From IMG/VR virus record IMGVR_UViG_3300047440_000809, positions 1-64,000 of that record: a DNA stretch of 64,000 nucleotides, one strand, 5' to 3'. Below the pieces are notes generated by a model. That model was not told where the DNA came from and did no database searches. It worked only from the letters and a program-made list of their open reading frames with translations. This document shows, in pieces, positions 29,552 through 38,356 of this stretch. The DNA is from a virus. The first letter of the stretch is position 1. The number at the start of each line of letters is the position of its first letter. The position numbers and the translations under genes were made by a program.

Positions 29552-29839
29552 TCACGGGTGGGCCTTTCGCAGGTCGAGAATGGCGGACATAACTCGCGCA
29601 GGCTCGCTGTCTGCCCGGTATCCGTGGATCGCCAGCTCGTAGTCCTCGACTGGGCGAAGCGCCTTCTCCCGCGCCGCTTTGATCGCCTCGTCCTGAGCGT
29701 CCTCGTAGTAGTACCGCTCCGACTCACGCACGATCGCGATGATGTGGTCGCGCTCCAGAGTCCGAGGCTGCACCTCCAGCCAGACGATGTCCTCGGCGAT
29801 GAGCTGCCGGTAGGCGATGCGCGTGAGCTTGCCGCTCAC
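29552..29839 (-). CDS. Hypothetical protein
   Basis: Coupled ORF. Confidence 0.55.
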   Translation of the reverse strand: MSGKLTRIAYRQLIAEDIVWLEVQPRTLERDHIIAIVRESERYYYEDAQDEAIKAAREKALRPVEDYELAIHGYRADSEPARVMSAILDLRKAHP

Positions 29840-30123
29840 GACGGCGGCCCCTTCCAACGGTACCAGACGTTATCGATCTTGGCGCGCTTCTCGTCGCCCG
29901 GCGTGGTCTTCCGCTCGATGACACCGTCCGCGTGCAGGTCTCGAAGCGCCCGGTAGGATGCAAGTCCAAAGATGGTGCGCATATCGAACGAGCGGATCCA
30001 GTCCTGGTGCCGGGCGGACAGATACATCGCGACGCCGGCACGCGTGGCTGCGCGTGCGTCGGACTCGGCGTTCAGCGCGAGCAGCAGCGCAAGCACGATG
30101 GCGGCGTAGTCGTACCAGCTCAC
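29836..30123 (-). CDS. Hypothetical protein with N-terminal TM segment
   Basis: YAAIVLALLLAL. Confidence 0.5.
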   Translation of the reverse strand: MSWYDYAAIVLALLLALNAESDARAATRAGVAMYLSARHQDWIRSFDMRTIFGLASYRALRDLHADGVIERKTTPGDEKRAKIDNVWYRWKGPPS

Positions 30124-30243
30124 CGCGGGACCTCGTACGCGTTGAAGCCGTCGTACACGTGCATCATGTAGCTGCACCACACGAGCCGAACGACAAGGCG
30201 GTCGAAGGGCTTCAGCGTGGGTCCAAGCAGGATGGCGTCCATT

Positions 30244-30525
30244 TTATGGTCCCACCCAGGTGAAGCGTGGCACGTGCGAGTGGCCCACGCCGGTCTTCAG
30301 CGTCTCGGCGATCCCCTCGGGCGTCGTCCCCGCCGGGTTGACCAAGACCAGCTCATCGAACTCACTCAGGAGCCGCACCGACACGCGGCCGCTGTCGTTC
30401 AGCGACACGTAGACCGCCACGTCTTCGTCGGCCGTGGGCGAGTTGTTCGTCGAGTCCTTCGCCACGAAGAGCAGCCTATACAAACCCCCTTTGTAGTGTT
30501 TATAGACCCCCTGGGTGACTTTCAC
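30244..30525 (-). CDS. DUF1653-family protein
   Basis: GVYKHYKGGLYRLL...VAVYVSL...VRLLSEF. Confidence 0.8.
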   Translation of the reverse strand: MKVTQGVYKHYKGGLYRLLFVAKDSTNNSPTADEDVAVYVSLNDSGRVSVRLLSEFDELVLVNPAGTTPEGIAETLKTGVGHSHVPRFTWVGP

Positions 30526-30725
30526 TTCGAGCCTCCATCGAGCCGCCGCAGGGGCATCGGGAAGTCGCACTGACAACGGCACAGTGTCGCGCCGCTGAGA
30601 TTCGCATACACGTGCTCGACCGTGCACCCATACCCGATCGCTTCGCAGCGCTCGACACACCGGGCGGTATCGGTGTCGGTTGCGCACCCGCCGAGCGCAA
30701 GGAGAAGTAGCGCCGCCAGCCTCAC
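30522..30725 (-). CDS. Small Cys-rich lipoprotein
   Basis: MRLAALLLLALGGC lipobox-like. Confidence 0.55.
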   Translation of the reverse strand: MRLAALLLLALGGCATDTDTARCVERCEAIGYGCTVEHVYANLSGATLCRCQCDFPMPLRRLDGGSK

Positions 30726-30961
30726 GGAACCTCACGGTAGTTGCGCGCCGGAATCCATCGGCCGGGCGAGGTCTCGATCAAGCATCCACCCCACCAGTCG
30801 AACCGATGGCGCATACCGGAGGCGCTCCACTGCCGTGTGCAGTTGAAGCGGTCGATCGTGTTGTTGCACGTTATTGGAATCACGAACAGCAGCACTACGA
30901 TGCCCGTCAACACCAGGCGAACCGGTGAGCCGAGGAAGAAGCGCAGCGCGGTCTTCTTCAC
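30722..30961 (-). CDS. Small membrane protein
   Basis: One TM segment, GGCLIE...WIP. Confidence 0.6.
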   Translation of the reverse strand: MKKTALRFFLGSPVRLVLTGIVVLLFVIPITCNNTIDRFNCTRQWSASGMRHRFDWWGGCLIETSPGRWIPARNYREVP

Positions 30962-31173
30962 TCCATCTCCCGCGTCATCTCTTCGACCAGGAGCGCCGCC
31001 ACCTGCATCGGGAAGACGTAGAAGCCCACCTCGGTGGAGAGCGCCTTCGCCACGGTCGCCAGCTTCCTTCGCGTGTCCCGCGTCATCGCCACCAGCCGGC
31101 GGTCCCCCGCCATGCTGTGGTGGTTGTGGACGAGGCGCTTCTTGGCGATATCAGCAAGCTGCTTGAGCGTCAC
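30958..31173 (-). CDS. Hypothetical protein
   Basis: Follows a sigma70-like promoter. Confidence 0.55.
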   Translation of the reverse strand: MTLKQLADIAKKRLVHNHHSMAGDRRLVAMTRDTRRKLATVAKALSTEVGFYVFPMQVAALLVEEMTREME

Positions 31174-31574
31174 CCCTTCGTGATATCAACGGGGGTGGAG
31201 GGTGTCAAGCTATTATCACGAAGAGTGTAGCGCGCGACGAACTGAACGAGCCCGGCGGGCGAGACGCGGTCTAACGCTAACGCTCCCGGCTTGATGGCCT
31301 CGACAGCGCGCTTGGTACTCACCACCACACGCTCCGTTAGCTGCGTGAGCGTCACGATGTCAGTCTTAAGCACGGATGCAATCGCCGCCAGGTCGGACAT
31401 GCCAATCGAACGTACGCCGCGCTCAACACGAGAGACCCACGCTTGTGAGATCCCACTGGCCTTAGCGAGTTCGCCCTGTAAAAGCCCCGCCTTCAGTCGC
31501 AGTATCTCGATGATGGCACCGAGAGCGTAGTCGAACAAACCCTTCTCTCGTACCACTAGGCGTTGGCTAGGCAT
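31170..31574 (-). CDS. XRE-family HTH regulator
   Basis: LRLKAGLLQGELAKASGISQAWVSRVERG. Confidence 0.85.
   Translation of the reverse strand: MPSQRLVVREKGLFDYALGAIIEILRLKAGLLQGELAKASGISQAWVSRVERGVRSIGMSDLAAIASVLKTDIVTLTQLTERVVVSTKRAVEAIKPGALALDRVSPAGLVQFVARYTLRDNSLTPSTPVDITKG
31180..31208 (-). promoter_or_regulatory. sigma70-like promoter overlapping a TGATATCA box
   Basis: Minus strand TTGACA-N17-TATCAC with extended TG. Confidence 0.5.
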
Positions 31575-32190
31575 ATTCCACCCCGACCGTCGCGTACTCG
31601 AACGGCTTCCAGGTTTCCCCGCAGTGCTCACACAGGTGCGTCCGGTGGACACGCGTGCTCGACCAGACGCCGCGGTCGATGTGCTGGCCGCCGCACTTCG
31701 GGCAGTTGAGGACCATCGGCACGGGCGTGCCCAGCTTGAGCACGATTCCCCGGTGGAAGGTTCCGCGGTCGGCGGCCTTCGTCACCTTTATCGCGTCGAA
31801 CAGCTTCGCGCCGAGCAGCTCCCGAATCGTGTCGACGACCTCCCACAGGTCCACCGCCTCACCGATCACGAGCGCCTTCACCCCCGAGTCGATCGCCTCG
31901 CACAGCTCCTCGGTCTCCTCGACGAGCTTGGCGCGCAGGAGCCCGAGCATCTCCTTCGAGTCAGCCACGCGCGTCTCGCACTTCTCGCCATGCGCCTCGA
32001 ACCACTGCGGCACGCGATGCCGAACAAGCTTCTCGGTCTGGGGACGTACCGGATGCTCGATTGGAACTTCGCGCTCGACCACGTCGAGGATGGAACGAGC
32101 AAGCGCGTTCGGACCGGCCTCATCCCCGTAGTTGCGGATGACGTCGCCGATCAACACCATCAAGCGCGTGTCGTCACGCAGGTGCTTCAC
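31567..32190 (-). CDS. MazG-like NTP pyrophosphohydrolase with C-terminal Zn ribbon
   Basis: KLVR, KLVEETEEL, EAVDLWEV, KxxxRGTF; CPKC...HxD...HRTHLCEHC. Confidence 0.7.
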   Translation of the reverse strand: MKHLRDDTRLMVLIGDVIRNYGDEAGPNALARSILDVVEREVPIEHPVRPQTEKLVRHRVPQWFEAHGEKCETRVADSKEMLGLLRAKLVEETEELCEAIDSGVKALVIGEAVDLWEVVDTIRELLGAKLFDAIKVTKAADRGTFHRGIVLKLGTPVPMVLNCPKCGGQHIDRGVWSSTRVHRTHLCEHCGETWKPFEYATVGVEYA

Positions 32191-33101
32191 GCTCCACCTC
32201 CCCACGCCGATGCCACGGCGTCGAGCACGTTCACGAGCTGCGCGCCGCACGCCGTCTTCGACAAGTAGACGCCGTTCGCTCCCTCCATGAGGCGCGCGAC
32301 GAACCCATCTACGTCTCGCGCCACGGCGGCACCGATCCGCGCCAGCTCGTCCCCCGTCACGCCGACCGTGGCGAGCGCCGCGATCTTCTCGCCCTTGTCC
32401 TTCACGACCTCGCTCGACGCCACCGCCGGGGACTCGCCGAACATGAAGGCGTCGCGCGGGACCTTGTTGATATCACGGTGTCCCCACGCCCCTTCGAACG
32501 CCACCGCCAGCACTTCGAGGTCTTTGTCCGCCAGCTCGATCGTGTGGCAGGTGTCGCACGGATCGGTGTGCGCAGGCACGAGCTTGTCCGGCACGTGCAA
32601 CGTCCAGGTGTGTGACGGCTGGAGGGTCACAACCATCTCCTGCACGGGGACGGCGATTCGAGCGCGGACCTTCTCCCATGCCGCGGGGTCGGGCGGCGCC
32701 GGCGTACGAGTCGCCGTCGTCTTGCCCTCGAAGGGGGGCACGAGCGCGTGCACGCGGAGCCAGCGGACGGCGGTCTTGTTGGGGAGGCGCGACGCGAACG
32801 CGTGGGCGATCGGCGCGACCCGCGCGTCGTAGGTCTCGGCGTGCCAGCGCAGGTAGGCGTTGGCGGCGGTCCGCTCGACCCGGTGGTTGAGCAGCGAGAG
32901 ATCGGCCAGCCTCCCGCCTCGCCGGAGCCGGGCGACCGTCTGCACGTAGATCTTGGCCACGTGGGAGGCGACGCGGCCGCGGGCGATGAGCCCGACGAGG
33001 AAGGCGGCGGCGTCCGGGAAGTCGTCGATCGTCCGCGGGGGGAAGGTGTACGTCTGGCCGTTGGCGACCACGATAGAGGGGGATCCTGAGTACCTGGGCA
33101 T
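32187..33101 (-). CDS. Hypothetical protein
   Basis: About 300 aa, first gene left of the AT-rich inverted repeat. Confidence 0.65.
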   Translation of the reverse strand: MPRYSGSPSIVVANGQTYTFPPRTIDDFPDAAAFLVGLIARGRVASHVAKIYVQTVARLRRGGRLADLSLLNHRVERTAANAYLRWHAETYDARVAPIAHAFASRLPNKTAVRWLRVHALVPPFEGKTTATRTPAPPDPAAWEKVRARIAVPVQEMVVTLQPSHTWTLHVPDKLVPAHTDPCDTCHTIELADKDLEVLAVAFEGAWGHRDINKVPRDAFMFGESPAVASSEVVKDKGEKIAALATVGVTGDELARIGAAVARDVDGFVARLMEGANGVYLSKTACGAQLVNVLDAVASAWGGGA

Positions 33102-33150
33102 GGGGGAAAGAATAGTACGGCTGAGCGGCGTATGTAAATAGGTACTACGT

Positions 33151-33250
33151 GCCTCCCGCGCGCGCAGGATCCAAGAATTCTTATCCATTTTATTACACAC
33201 ACGTATTATATCGGATAAGAATACTTACATCGTGCGCGCGCGCGAGGGGC
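33151..33250. repeat. AT-rich imperfect inverted repeat (candidate origin or cruciform)
   Basis: Arms 33151-33186 and 33213-33250 (CGCGCGCGCA..GAT..AAG.ATTCTTATCC) around an AT-rich spacer, at the strand switch. Confidence 0.75.
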
Positions 33251-33255
33251 AAAGA

Positions 33256-33495
33256 GTGATACAGGCGGAGCCGGTGGCCGAAGGCGACAAGGTAGTGGTG
33301 GCGCTCGGCACGGGCATCGGTCGGCTGGTTTACCCCTGCGTCGTGTCGAACGACCCCGTGCCCCACCCTGCCGGTGCCTTCTTCCGCGTGTCCCTCGACA
33401 TGTGCCCTCCGCGCCTGGAGGGGATCACCTGGGCTCGTGGATGGGAGGGTCTCGACGCGGACGCGTTCGTCGTCGCGGTGGCGCTCGGGTCGTGA
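33256..33495 (+). CDS. WARGW-family cassette protein 1
   Basis: EGITWARGWEGLDADAFVVAVALGS*. Confidence 0.8.
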   Translation: MIQAEPVAEGDKVVVALGTGIGRLVYPCVVSNDPVPHPAGAFFRVSLDMCPPRLEGITWARGWEGLDADAFVVAVALGS

Positions 33496-33902
33496 AGGTC
33501 AGTGTCAGCACCGCGACCATCACGAGGCCGTCGTCGCCGGCGATGTCCCCGCGCGCCCGGCTCAAGGACGGCGACCACGTCGTGCTGTTGTTTCTCGGGA
33601 GCGTCGTGGAGATCATCATCTCGACCACGCGCAGCGGTACGCGGGACGACGGGCGCTACTGGGCGTCGCCGGCGATGTCCCCACGCGCCCAGCTCAAGGA
33701 CGGCGACCACGTCGTGCTGGCGTTCCTCGGGAGCGTCATGGAGATCATCGTCTCGACCGAGCGCAGCGGTACGCGGGACGACGGGCGCTTCTGGGCGAAG
33801 CCAATCGTGTTCGCGGCGAACGAAGAGGGGATCGCGTGGGCTCGCGGGTGGCGGACGCCAGCGGCACGTGCGTTGAGGGCCTTCGTGGGGCTGACGACGT
33901 GA
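33492..33902 (+). CDS. WARGW-family protein 2 (internal duplication)
   Basis: EEGIAWARGWRTPAARALRAFVGLTT*. Confidence 0.8.
   Translation: MKVSVSTATITRPSSPAMSPRARLKDGDHVVLLFLGSVVEIIISTTRSGTRDDGRYWASPAMSPRAQLKDGDHVVLAFLGSVMEIIVSTERSGTRDDGRFWAKPIVFAANEEGIAWARGWRTPAARALRAFVGLTT
33532..33797 (+). repeat. 132-bp tandem duplication
   Basis: PAMSPRAxLKDGDHVVLxFLGSVxEIIxSTxRSGTRDDGRxWA twice. Confidence 0.9.
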
Positions 33903-33938
33903 TGGACGTGCGCGAGACCTCGTGATATCAGTAGAGTC

Positions 33939-34247
33939 GTGATATCGGCAATCGTGTGGGGCACTGCCGTCGTTGGCGTCGTAGAGGCGGCCTGGATCGT
34001 CCTGATGGCCCTGGCAGTGGTGCCGTTCAAGGTGTCCGTCGTGTTCAACGAGAAGGTGTGCCTGGGGCGAGTCTCCTCACGAGCCTGGCTACAGCCCAAG
34101 ACCGTGTTCATCAGGATCGTAAGCCCCGTGGTTGCGAACGATCGAGTCATCGGCGTGACTCGCGGCGCCTACGGCGTCACGTGGTGCTACGGATGGGAGG
34201 GGCGCGCGTCGCAGGCACTTCGAGCGTTGGTGGCGCTCACGTCGTGA
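33939..34247 (+). CDS. WARGW-family protein 3 (N-terminal TM)
   Basis: YGVTWCYGWEGRASQALRALVALTS*. Confidence 0.75.
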   Translation: MISAIVWGTAVVGVVEAAWIVLMALAVVPFKVSVVFNEKVCLGRVSSRAWLQPKTVFIRIVSPVVANDRVIGVTRGAYGVTWCYGWEGRASQALRALVALTS

Positions 34248-34531
34248 GGAGCGTGATGGCAAGCCTCCGGCAGACCTGGCGCGAGTGGCGCTGGAACCGC
34301 CGCTTCAGTGGAGCACCTGTGCTGTTTCGACACTCGTGTAGCGTGTGCAAAGCCGGTGCATACGTGGGCTTCATCCACAAGATGATTGACGGACAGGTAC
34401 TGCTCTCCGTCACGGTGGTGCCTGCGCAGACCTTCGACGTAGCTCTTGAAGATGAGGGCATATCGTGGACGCGCGCGATCGAAGGAGAAGCAGCTGACGC
34501 GTTTCGAGCGGCAGCGGTGTTGACGACGTGA
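34244..34531 (+). CDS. WARGW-family protein 4
   Basis: DEGISWTRAIEGEAADAFRAAAVLTT*. Confidence 0.75.
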   Translation: MRSVMASLRQTWREWRWNRRFSGAPVLFRHSCSVCKAGAYVGFIHKMIDGQVLLSVTVVPAQTFDVALEDEGISWTRAIEGEAADAFRAAAVLTT

Positions 34532-34773
34532 GCGCCACCAACAAGAAGCTCCCGGTGAAGGCACTGGCGATCGTCGGCGACGCAGTCGTCAAGGGATGGC
34601 TGATCAGCCGCAACGGTGATGAATGGTACTGGCGCGACACCGATGGCGGTAACCTGTGGACGCGGAGCGAACGCGCCAAAATGTTAAACAGCGATCGTGG
34701 CATCTACTGGGCGCTAGGCTGGGACGGCGAAGAGGCCGACGCGTTCCGTGCGATGCGAGGGCTCGTGTCGTGA
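34528..34773 (+). CDS. WARGW-family protein 5
   Basis: DRGIYWALGWDGEEADAFRAMRGLVS*. Confidence 0.8.
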   Translation: MSATNKKLPVKALAIVGDAVVKGWLISRNGDEWYWRDTDGGNLWTRSERAKMLNSDRGIYWALGWDGEEADAFRAMRGLVS

Positions 34774-34991
34774 CAGCCGGCGACAAGATCACCGCAGCGC
34801 TGGACGGGCGACTCGTTGCCGACGTCGCTTGGATTGTAGATGGTCACAAGTTCACGGGGCAGCTGCGTTATGCTGGTGAGATACGTGTGTTCGACGAAGC
34901 GGATGAAGGCATCACCTGGCTGCGCGGTTGGCGCATGGAGGATGAAGATGCAGTAAAAGCATTCCTCGCAGCGCAGGCGTTGACGTCATGA
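34770..34991 (+). CDS. WARGW-family protein 6
   Basis: DEGITWLRGWRMEDEDAVKAFLAAQALTS*. Confidence 0.8.
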   Translation: MTAGDKITAALDGRLVADVAWIVDGHKFTGQLRYAGEIRVFDEADEGITWLRGWRMEDEDAVKAFLAAQALTS

Positions 34992-35479
34992 AGAAGCCGA
35001 CGAAGGGCAACAAGGTCACCGTGCTGATCCGAAGTCGCAGCCGCCTCCGTAAGGGCACGCTCGCGACACCGCTCGGTCATGACGGCTTCACCGCAAGTCT
35101 ACAGGGAGGCGGGTGGGCCACGTGCCTGGCGAAAGATGAAGGCTCGACGTGGGTGCGTGGTTGGCACGGGAATGAGAGCGTCGATGGAAAGGCGCTCCTT
35201 GCAGCGGCTGCGCTCACCGAGGTGAAGGCGCCAACCGGTGTGCGCTACTACGCTGTCGATGGCGTGCACGGCGACGACCCCAGCGCCGGGTTCTCCGATG
35301 TCTCGCCCGCCGAGGCGTCCACCCGAGCGTTCAAGACTTTGGGGGAGTTGAGGGCCGCCCTCCCAGCAGCTGGCGGCAGCCGCAAAATCGAGATCACGAT
35401 ATCGCGTGGTGGTGGCGTTGTGGACGGCGTCAAGCTTCACTGGCCTGACCGGGTCGTTGTGGTCCGAGGCGCCAAATGA
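34988..35479 (+). CDS. WARGW-family protein 7 fused to a fibre-derived domain
   Basis: DEGSTWVRGWHG...ALLAAAALT followed by [12 protein letters not shown]... Confidence 0.8.
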   Translation: MKKPTKGNKVTVLIRSRSRLRKGTLATPLGHDGFTASLQGGGWATCLAKDEGSTWVRGWHGNESVDGKALLAAAALTEVKAPTGVRYYAVDGVHGDDPSAGFSDVSPAEASTRAFKTLGELRAALPAAGGSRKIEITISRGGGVVDGVKLHWPDRVVVVRGAK

Positions 35480-35892
35480 AGAAGCTCAAGGTCGGGCAGC
35501 GCGTGACGGTGGTCGGCAAAGCCTCGGGCAAGATCGTGCACGCCACGTTTTACGGCGTGAGGCCGGCGCCGGACGGCGGCATGCGGATGGAGGTGCTGGT
35601 ACAGGTACTCGGCACGGTCGAAGTCCGTCGCGAATTCGAAAGCGAAGAGGGCATCACCTGGGCCCGCGGCTGGCGTGGCAAAGCGGTCGACGCCCTGCGC
35701 GCCTACATCGCGCTCAACGAGGTCCAATCTCCGCCTGACCTTGGCCTCTTCAGTGCCGGCGTCATCGGAAGCTTCATGCGCAAAACCTACGACAGATTCG
35801 TGGCGCTCTCGCCCGAGCAGCAGGCCGCGGTGGCAGCAGCCGGCGTCGCCGCGATCTCCGCGCTTGCCAAGCCCTTAGCTCGGAAGACTTGA
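35476..35892 (+). CDS. WARGW-family protein 8
   Basis: EEGITWARGWRGKAVDALRAYIAL plus C-terminal extension. Confidence 0.8.
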   Translation: MKKLKVGQRVTVVGKASGKIVHATFYGVRPAPDGGMRMEVLVQVLGTVEVRREFESEEGITWARGWRGKAVDALRAYIALNEVQSPPDLGLFSAGVIGSFMRKTYDRFVALSPEQQAAVAAAGVAAISALAKPLARKT

Positions 35893-35926
35893 CATCCGTA
35901 ACGCGAGAACACACCATCTACCCACC

Positions 35927-36160
35927 GTGTCAAGCACCACCCACATCGGCACCGAGATTCGTCGGGTCCGACTGAGCCTCGACATGACGCTGGAGGAGTT
36001 CGGCGAGCGCGTCGGGATCGCGTGGCAGACGATCGCCGCGTACGAGACCGGACGTGCGACGCCTCCGTCCGATCGGCTGTTGCGCATCCTGCACGCGACT
36101 CGAAAGGCCAAGGAGCCGTTCCGGGTCGAGCGGATCGCGCGAGCGCTGGCTGCGGCGTGA
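35927..36160 (+). CDS. XRE/Cro-like HTH regulator
   Basis: IRRVRLSLDMTLEEFGERVGIAWQTIAAYETG; upstream CTTGACA...TGTCAAG inverted pair. Confidence 0.85.
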   Translation: MSSTTHIGTEIRRVRLSLDMTLEEFGERVGIAWQTIAAYETGRATPPSDRLLRILHATRKAKEPFRVERIARALAAA

Positions 36161-36420
36161 ACGAGGTCTGGAGCCACACCTCCTACGCGACCGGTGACGG
36201 CGTCGATGTTCCTGCGCTGGCGTTGCGCATCACGGTCAGACACGACGGCGTGCTTCTGCGAGCTGTGCTGACGTCCGCCACGGCGACCTCCTACCAACTT
36301 TGTGGGCGCCCGGCGGTCGTGTTCGCGCAGGCGCGCGCCGACGAAGGGATCACCTGGGCCCGCGGGTGGGATGGACCGGCCGTGGATGCGCTCGCCGCCT
36401 ACAGGGCGCTCGCGTCGTGA
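36157..36420 (+). CDS. WARGW-family protein 9
   Basis: DEGITWARGWDGPAVDALAAYRALAS*. Confidence 0.8.
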   Translation: MNEVWSHTSYATGDGVDVPALALRITVRHDGVLLRAVLTSATATSYQLCGRPAVVFAQARADEGITWARGWDGPAVDALAAYRALAS

Positions 36421-36606
36421 GCCCGAAACCCCGCCGCAGCCGTGCCAAGCCACGCCGGCACCGGCTGCGCGCCCCCTACTACCGCCCGCGCCGGCCGCTC
36501 TTCTCGGTCACGACCATCGCGCGCACGCTCGACAAGGGGTTCGTGTACCTGACGGTCGCCCTGGAGCGTCTGCTGGCGTCCACAGGCACGTGATAGACTA
36601 GTCTGC

Positions 36607-36888
36607 GTGGCGGTCTGCGAGTTCCTGCGCTGCCCAGGCTGCGGGCACGACAAGAAGGCCGAGCAATTCGGGCTCACACCGAGGGGCAATTTCGACCCCG
36701 ACAACGCCTACCCGAACGAGCTGTCGCTGCGGCGCACCACAATCGGCGGACGCGGCCGCTGTTCGGTCGAGCGCTTCCCTGCGCCGCTCCCCTTCGCGCT
36801 CGGGATGCGCCAGATGCTCAAGTACCGACTCGCCCAGCTCGAAGCTGACATCCGCGCTGCGGGTGTTGAGCTGCCGGACGACGAGTGA
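36607..36888 (+). CDS. Hypothetical Zn-ribbon protein
   Basis: CPGCGH. Confidence 0.6.
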   Translation: MAVCEFLRCPGCGHDKKAEQFGLTPRGNFDPDNAYPNELSLRRTTIGGRGRCSVERFPAPLPFALGMRQMLKYRLAQLEADIRAAGVELPDDE

Positions 36889-36901
36889 TAATTTATTGGC
36901 G

Positions 36902-37135
36902 GTGAAGAACTTCCCCTCGGGGCAGCCCATCGTAGTCGCTGTGCACGGCAGGGTGCTCCAGGCGAAGACGACGCGCGGCGGGCGAAGGCGTGTGCGCTAC
37001 AAGATCGTCAAGGGCCCTCCGGGGTTCTTCGGTCCGAAGTTCCTGACGCTGCGCGAAGAGGGCATCATCTGGGCGCGTGGGTGGGAAGGCGAAGCCGCCG
37101 ACGCCCTTCGAGTTGCTGTTGCGTTATCGACATGA
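36902..37135 (+). CDS. WARGW-family protein 10
   Basis: EEGIIWARGWEGEAADALRVAVALST*. Confidence 0.8.
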   Translation: MKNFPSGQPIVVAVHGRVLQAKTTRGGRRRVRYKIVKGPPGFFGPKFLTLREEGIIWARGWEGEAADALRVAVALST

Positions 37136-37431
37136 GGCTGCACATCGACCGCAACGCGCGTGTGACCGTCGTGCTGCGCGACACCGGCGAGATCGTGCAC
37201 GCATACGTGAAGAAGCCAGGCAAGGAGCTGAGGATCGTGTACGTGCGGGAGGGGACGATCACGTGGGCGCTGAATGTAAAGACCCAGCACTGGAATCCTG
37301 CGCGCCTGACCCCACGCGCCCTCGTTAACTACAACGTCCGACATCGCGACGAAGGCGTCGTCTGGGCGCGCGGCTGGGACGGGCCCGACGTGGATGCGCT
37401 GCGGGCGACCGTGGCGCTCACGACGCGCTGA
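37132..37431 (+). CDS. WARGW-family protein 11
   Basis: DEGVVWARGWDGPDVDALRATVALTTR*. Confidence 0.8.
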   Translation: MRLHIDRNARVTVVLRDTGEIVHAYVKKPGKELRIVYVREGTITWALNVKTQHWNPARLTPRALVNYNVRHRDEGVVWARGWDGPDVDALRATVALTTR

Positions 37432-37438
37432 GCGGAAG

Positions 37439-37490
37439 CCGCCGCCGGGACAGGGCTAGGTCGCCGAACCCCACCTGCCCTCGGCGGCGG
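37439..37490. terminator. GC-rich hairpin between convergent genes
   Basis: CCGCCGCCG...CGGCGGCGG stem; no U-tract. Confidence 0.45.
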
Positions 37491-37494
37491 ATCC

Positions 37495-37833
37495 CTAATT
37501 CTTCGCCGGTGGTTCCTCGCGCTCTTCGATCGCCGACTGATCTAACCCCCAGAGCAGGACGGCTTCGAACACCGGCGTGAGGAACACGGCGAGCGCCTGC
37601 GTCGGGAAGAGCGACGGGATGTGATGGACGGTGAAGTTCACCGGGTTGAGCCCGAGCACCGCCAGGCCACTACCGATCCAGAACCCCGAGCACGCAGGGC
37701 AGCGCAGCAGCCGATCGAACCATCCACGCGCGCGGCTCCACAGCGGTTGCATGATGCTCGATCGAGCGACGAGCCAGTGGATGGACGCGCAGAGAATGCC
37801 GAGCACGAAGACCTGCACCGGATCGACCGTCAC
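37495..37833 (-). CDS. DUF1360-like membrane protein
   Basis: TM segments with LLRCPACSGFWIG. Confidence 0.6.
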   Translation of the reverse strand: MTVDPVQVFVLGILCASIHWLVARSSIMQPLWSRARGWFDRLLRCPACSGFWIGSGLAVLGLNPVNFTVHHIPSLFPTQALAVFLTPVFEAVLLWGLDQSAIEEREEPPAKN

Positions 37834-37990
37834 GACAGCCGCTCCGGCTCGACGTAGAACAGCCGCAACACAATCACCAGCGGCACGAACGGCGCGATGG
37901 CGAGCGTGTAGGCGACCCACTCCCTGCGGGGCATCGCGGGGTCGCGGCGCAGCCAGTCGTCGAGCGTGACGGTGATGGCCTTGCGGAGCT

Positions 37991-38356
37991 TCACGCTCGC
38001 CATTCTCCGCCGCGAAGCACGACATAAGCAGTGCGCATCGCCATTTCTGCCGCGACCATTGCTTCTTGCCGCGTCGAACACGTTCCAACGGCAGGCACAG
38101 GCCGCTTGTCTCCGTAGGAGGCGCCATGGCCGTACTTGTCCGTGATGTCCCACGACCAGTCGCCGGTCTCGCCAGCAGCAACGTGCGCGCGCAGATCGGC
38201 CACCTCGGCTACGTTACCGACCCACTTGCGGTGAACGCGGCCGTGGCCGCCACACTTTGGACAGCGCGCCTCGTCGTCGAACGGTGACGCATAGATGTGT
38301 GGTGGGTTGACTGCGTAGTCGTTGCCGCACGTGACGCATGTGACGTCGAATTTCAT
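37991..38356 (-). CDS. Zn-ribbon hypothetical protein
   Basis: CVTC...CPKCGG. Confidence 0.55.
   Translation of the reverse strand: MKFDVTCVTCGNDYAVNPPHIYASPFDDEARCPKCGGHGRVHRKWVGNVAEVADLRAHVAAGETGDWSWDITDKYGHGASYGDKRPVPAVGTCSTRQEAMVAAEMAMRTAYVVLRGGEWRA

Noticed and set aside
33256-37431. Integron, shufflon or diversity-generating retroelement explanation for the array
   Set aside because: No integrase, invertase or reverse transcriptase in the window, no attC-like palindromes between units, and no adenine-specific TR/VR pair; the 132-bp repeat differences are not A-restricted
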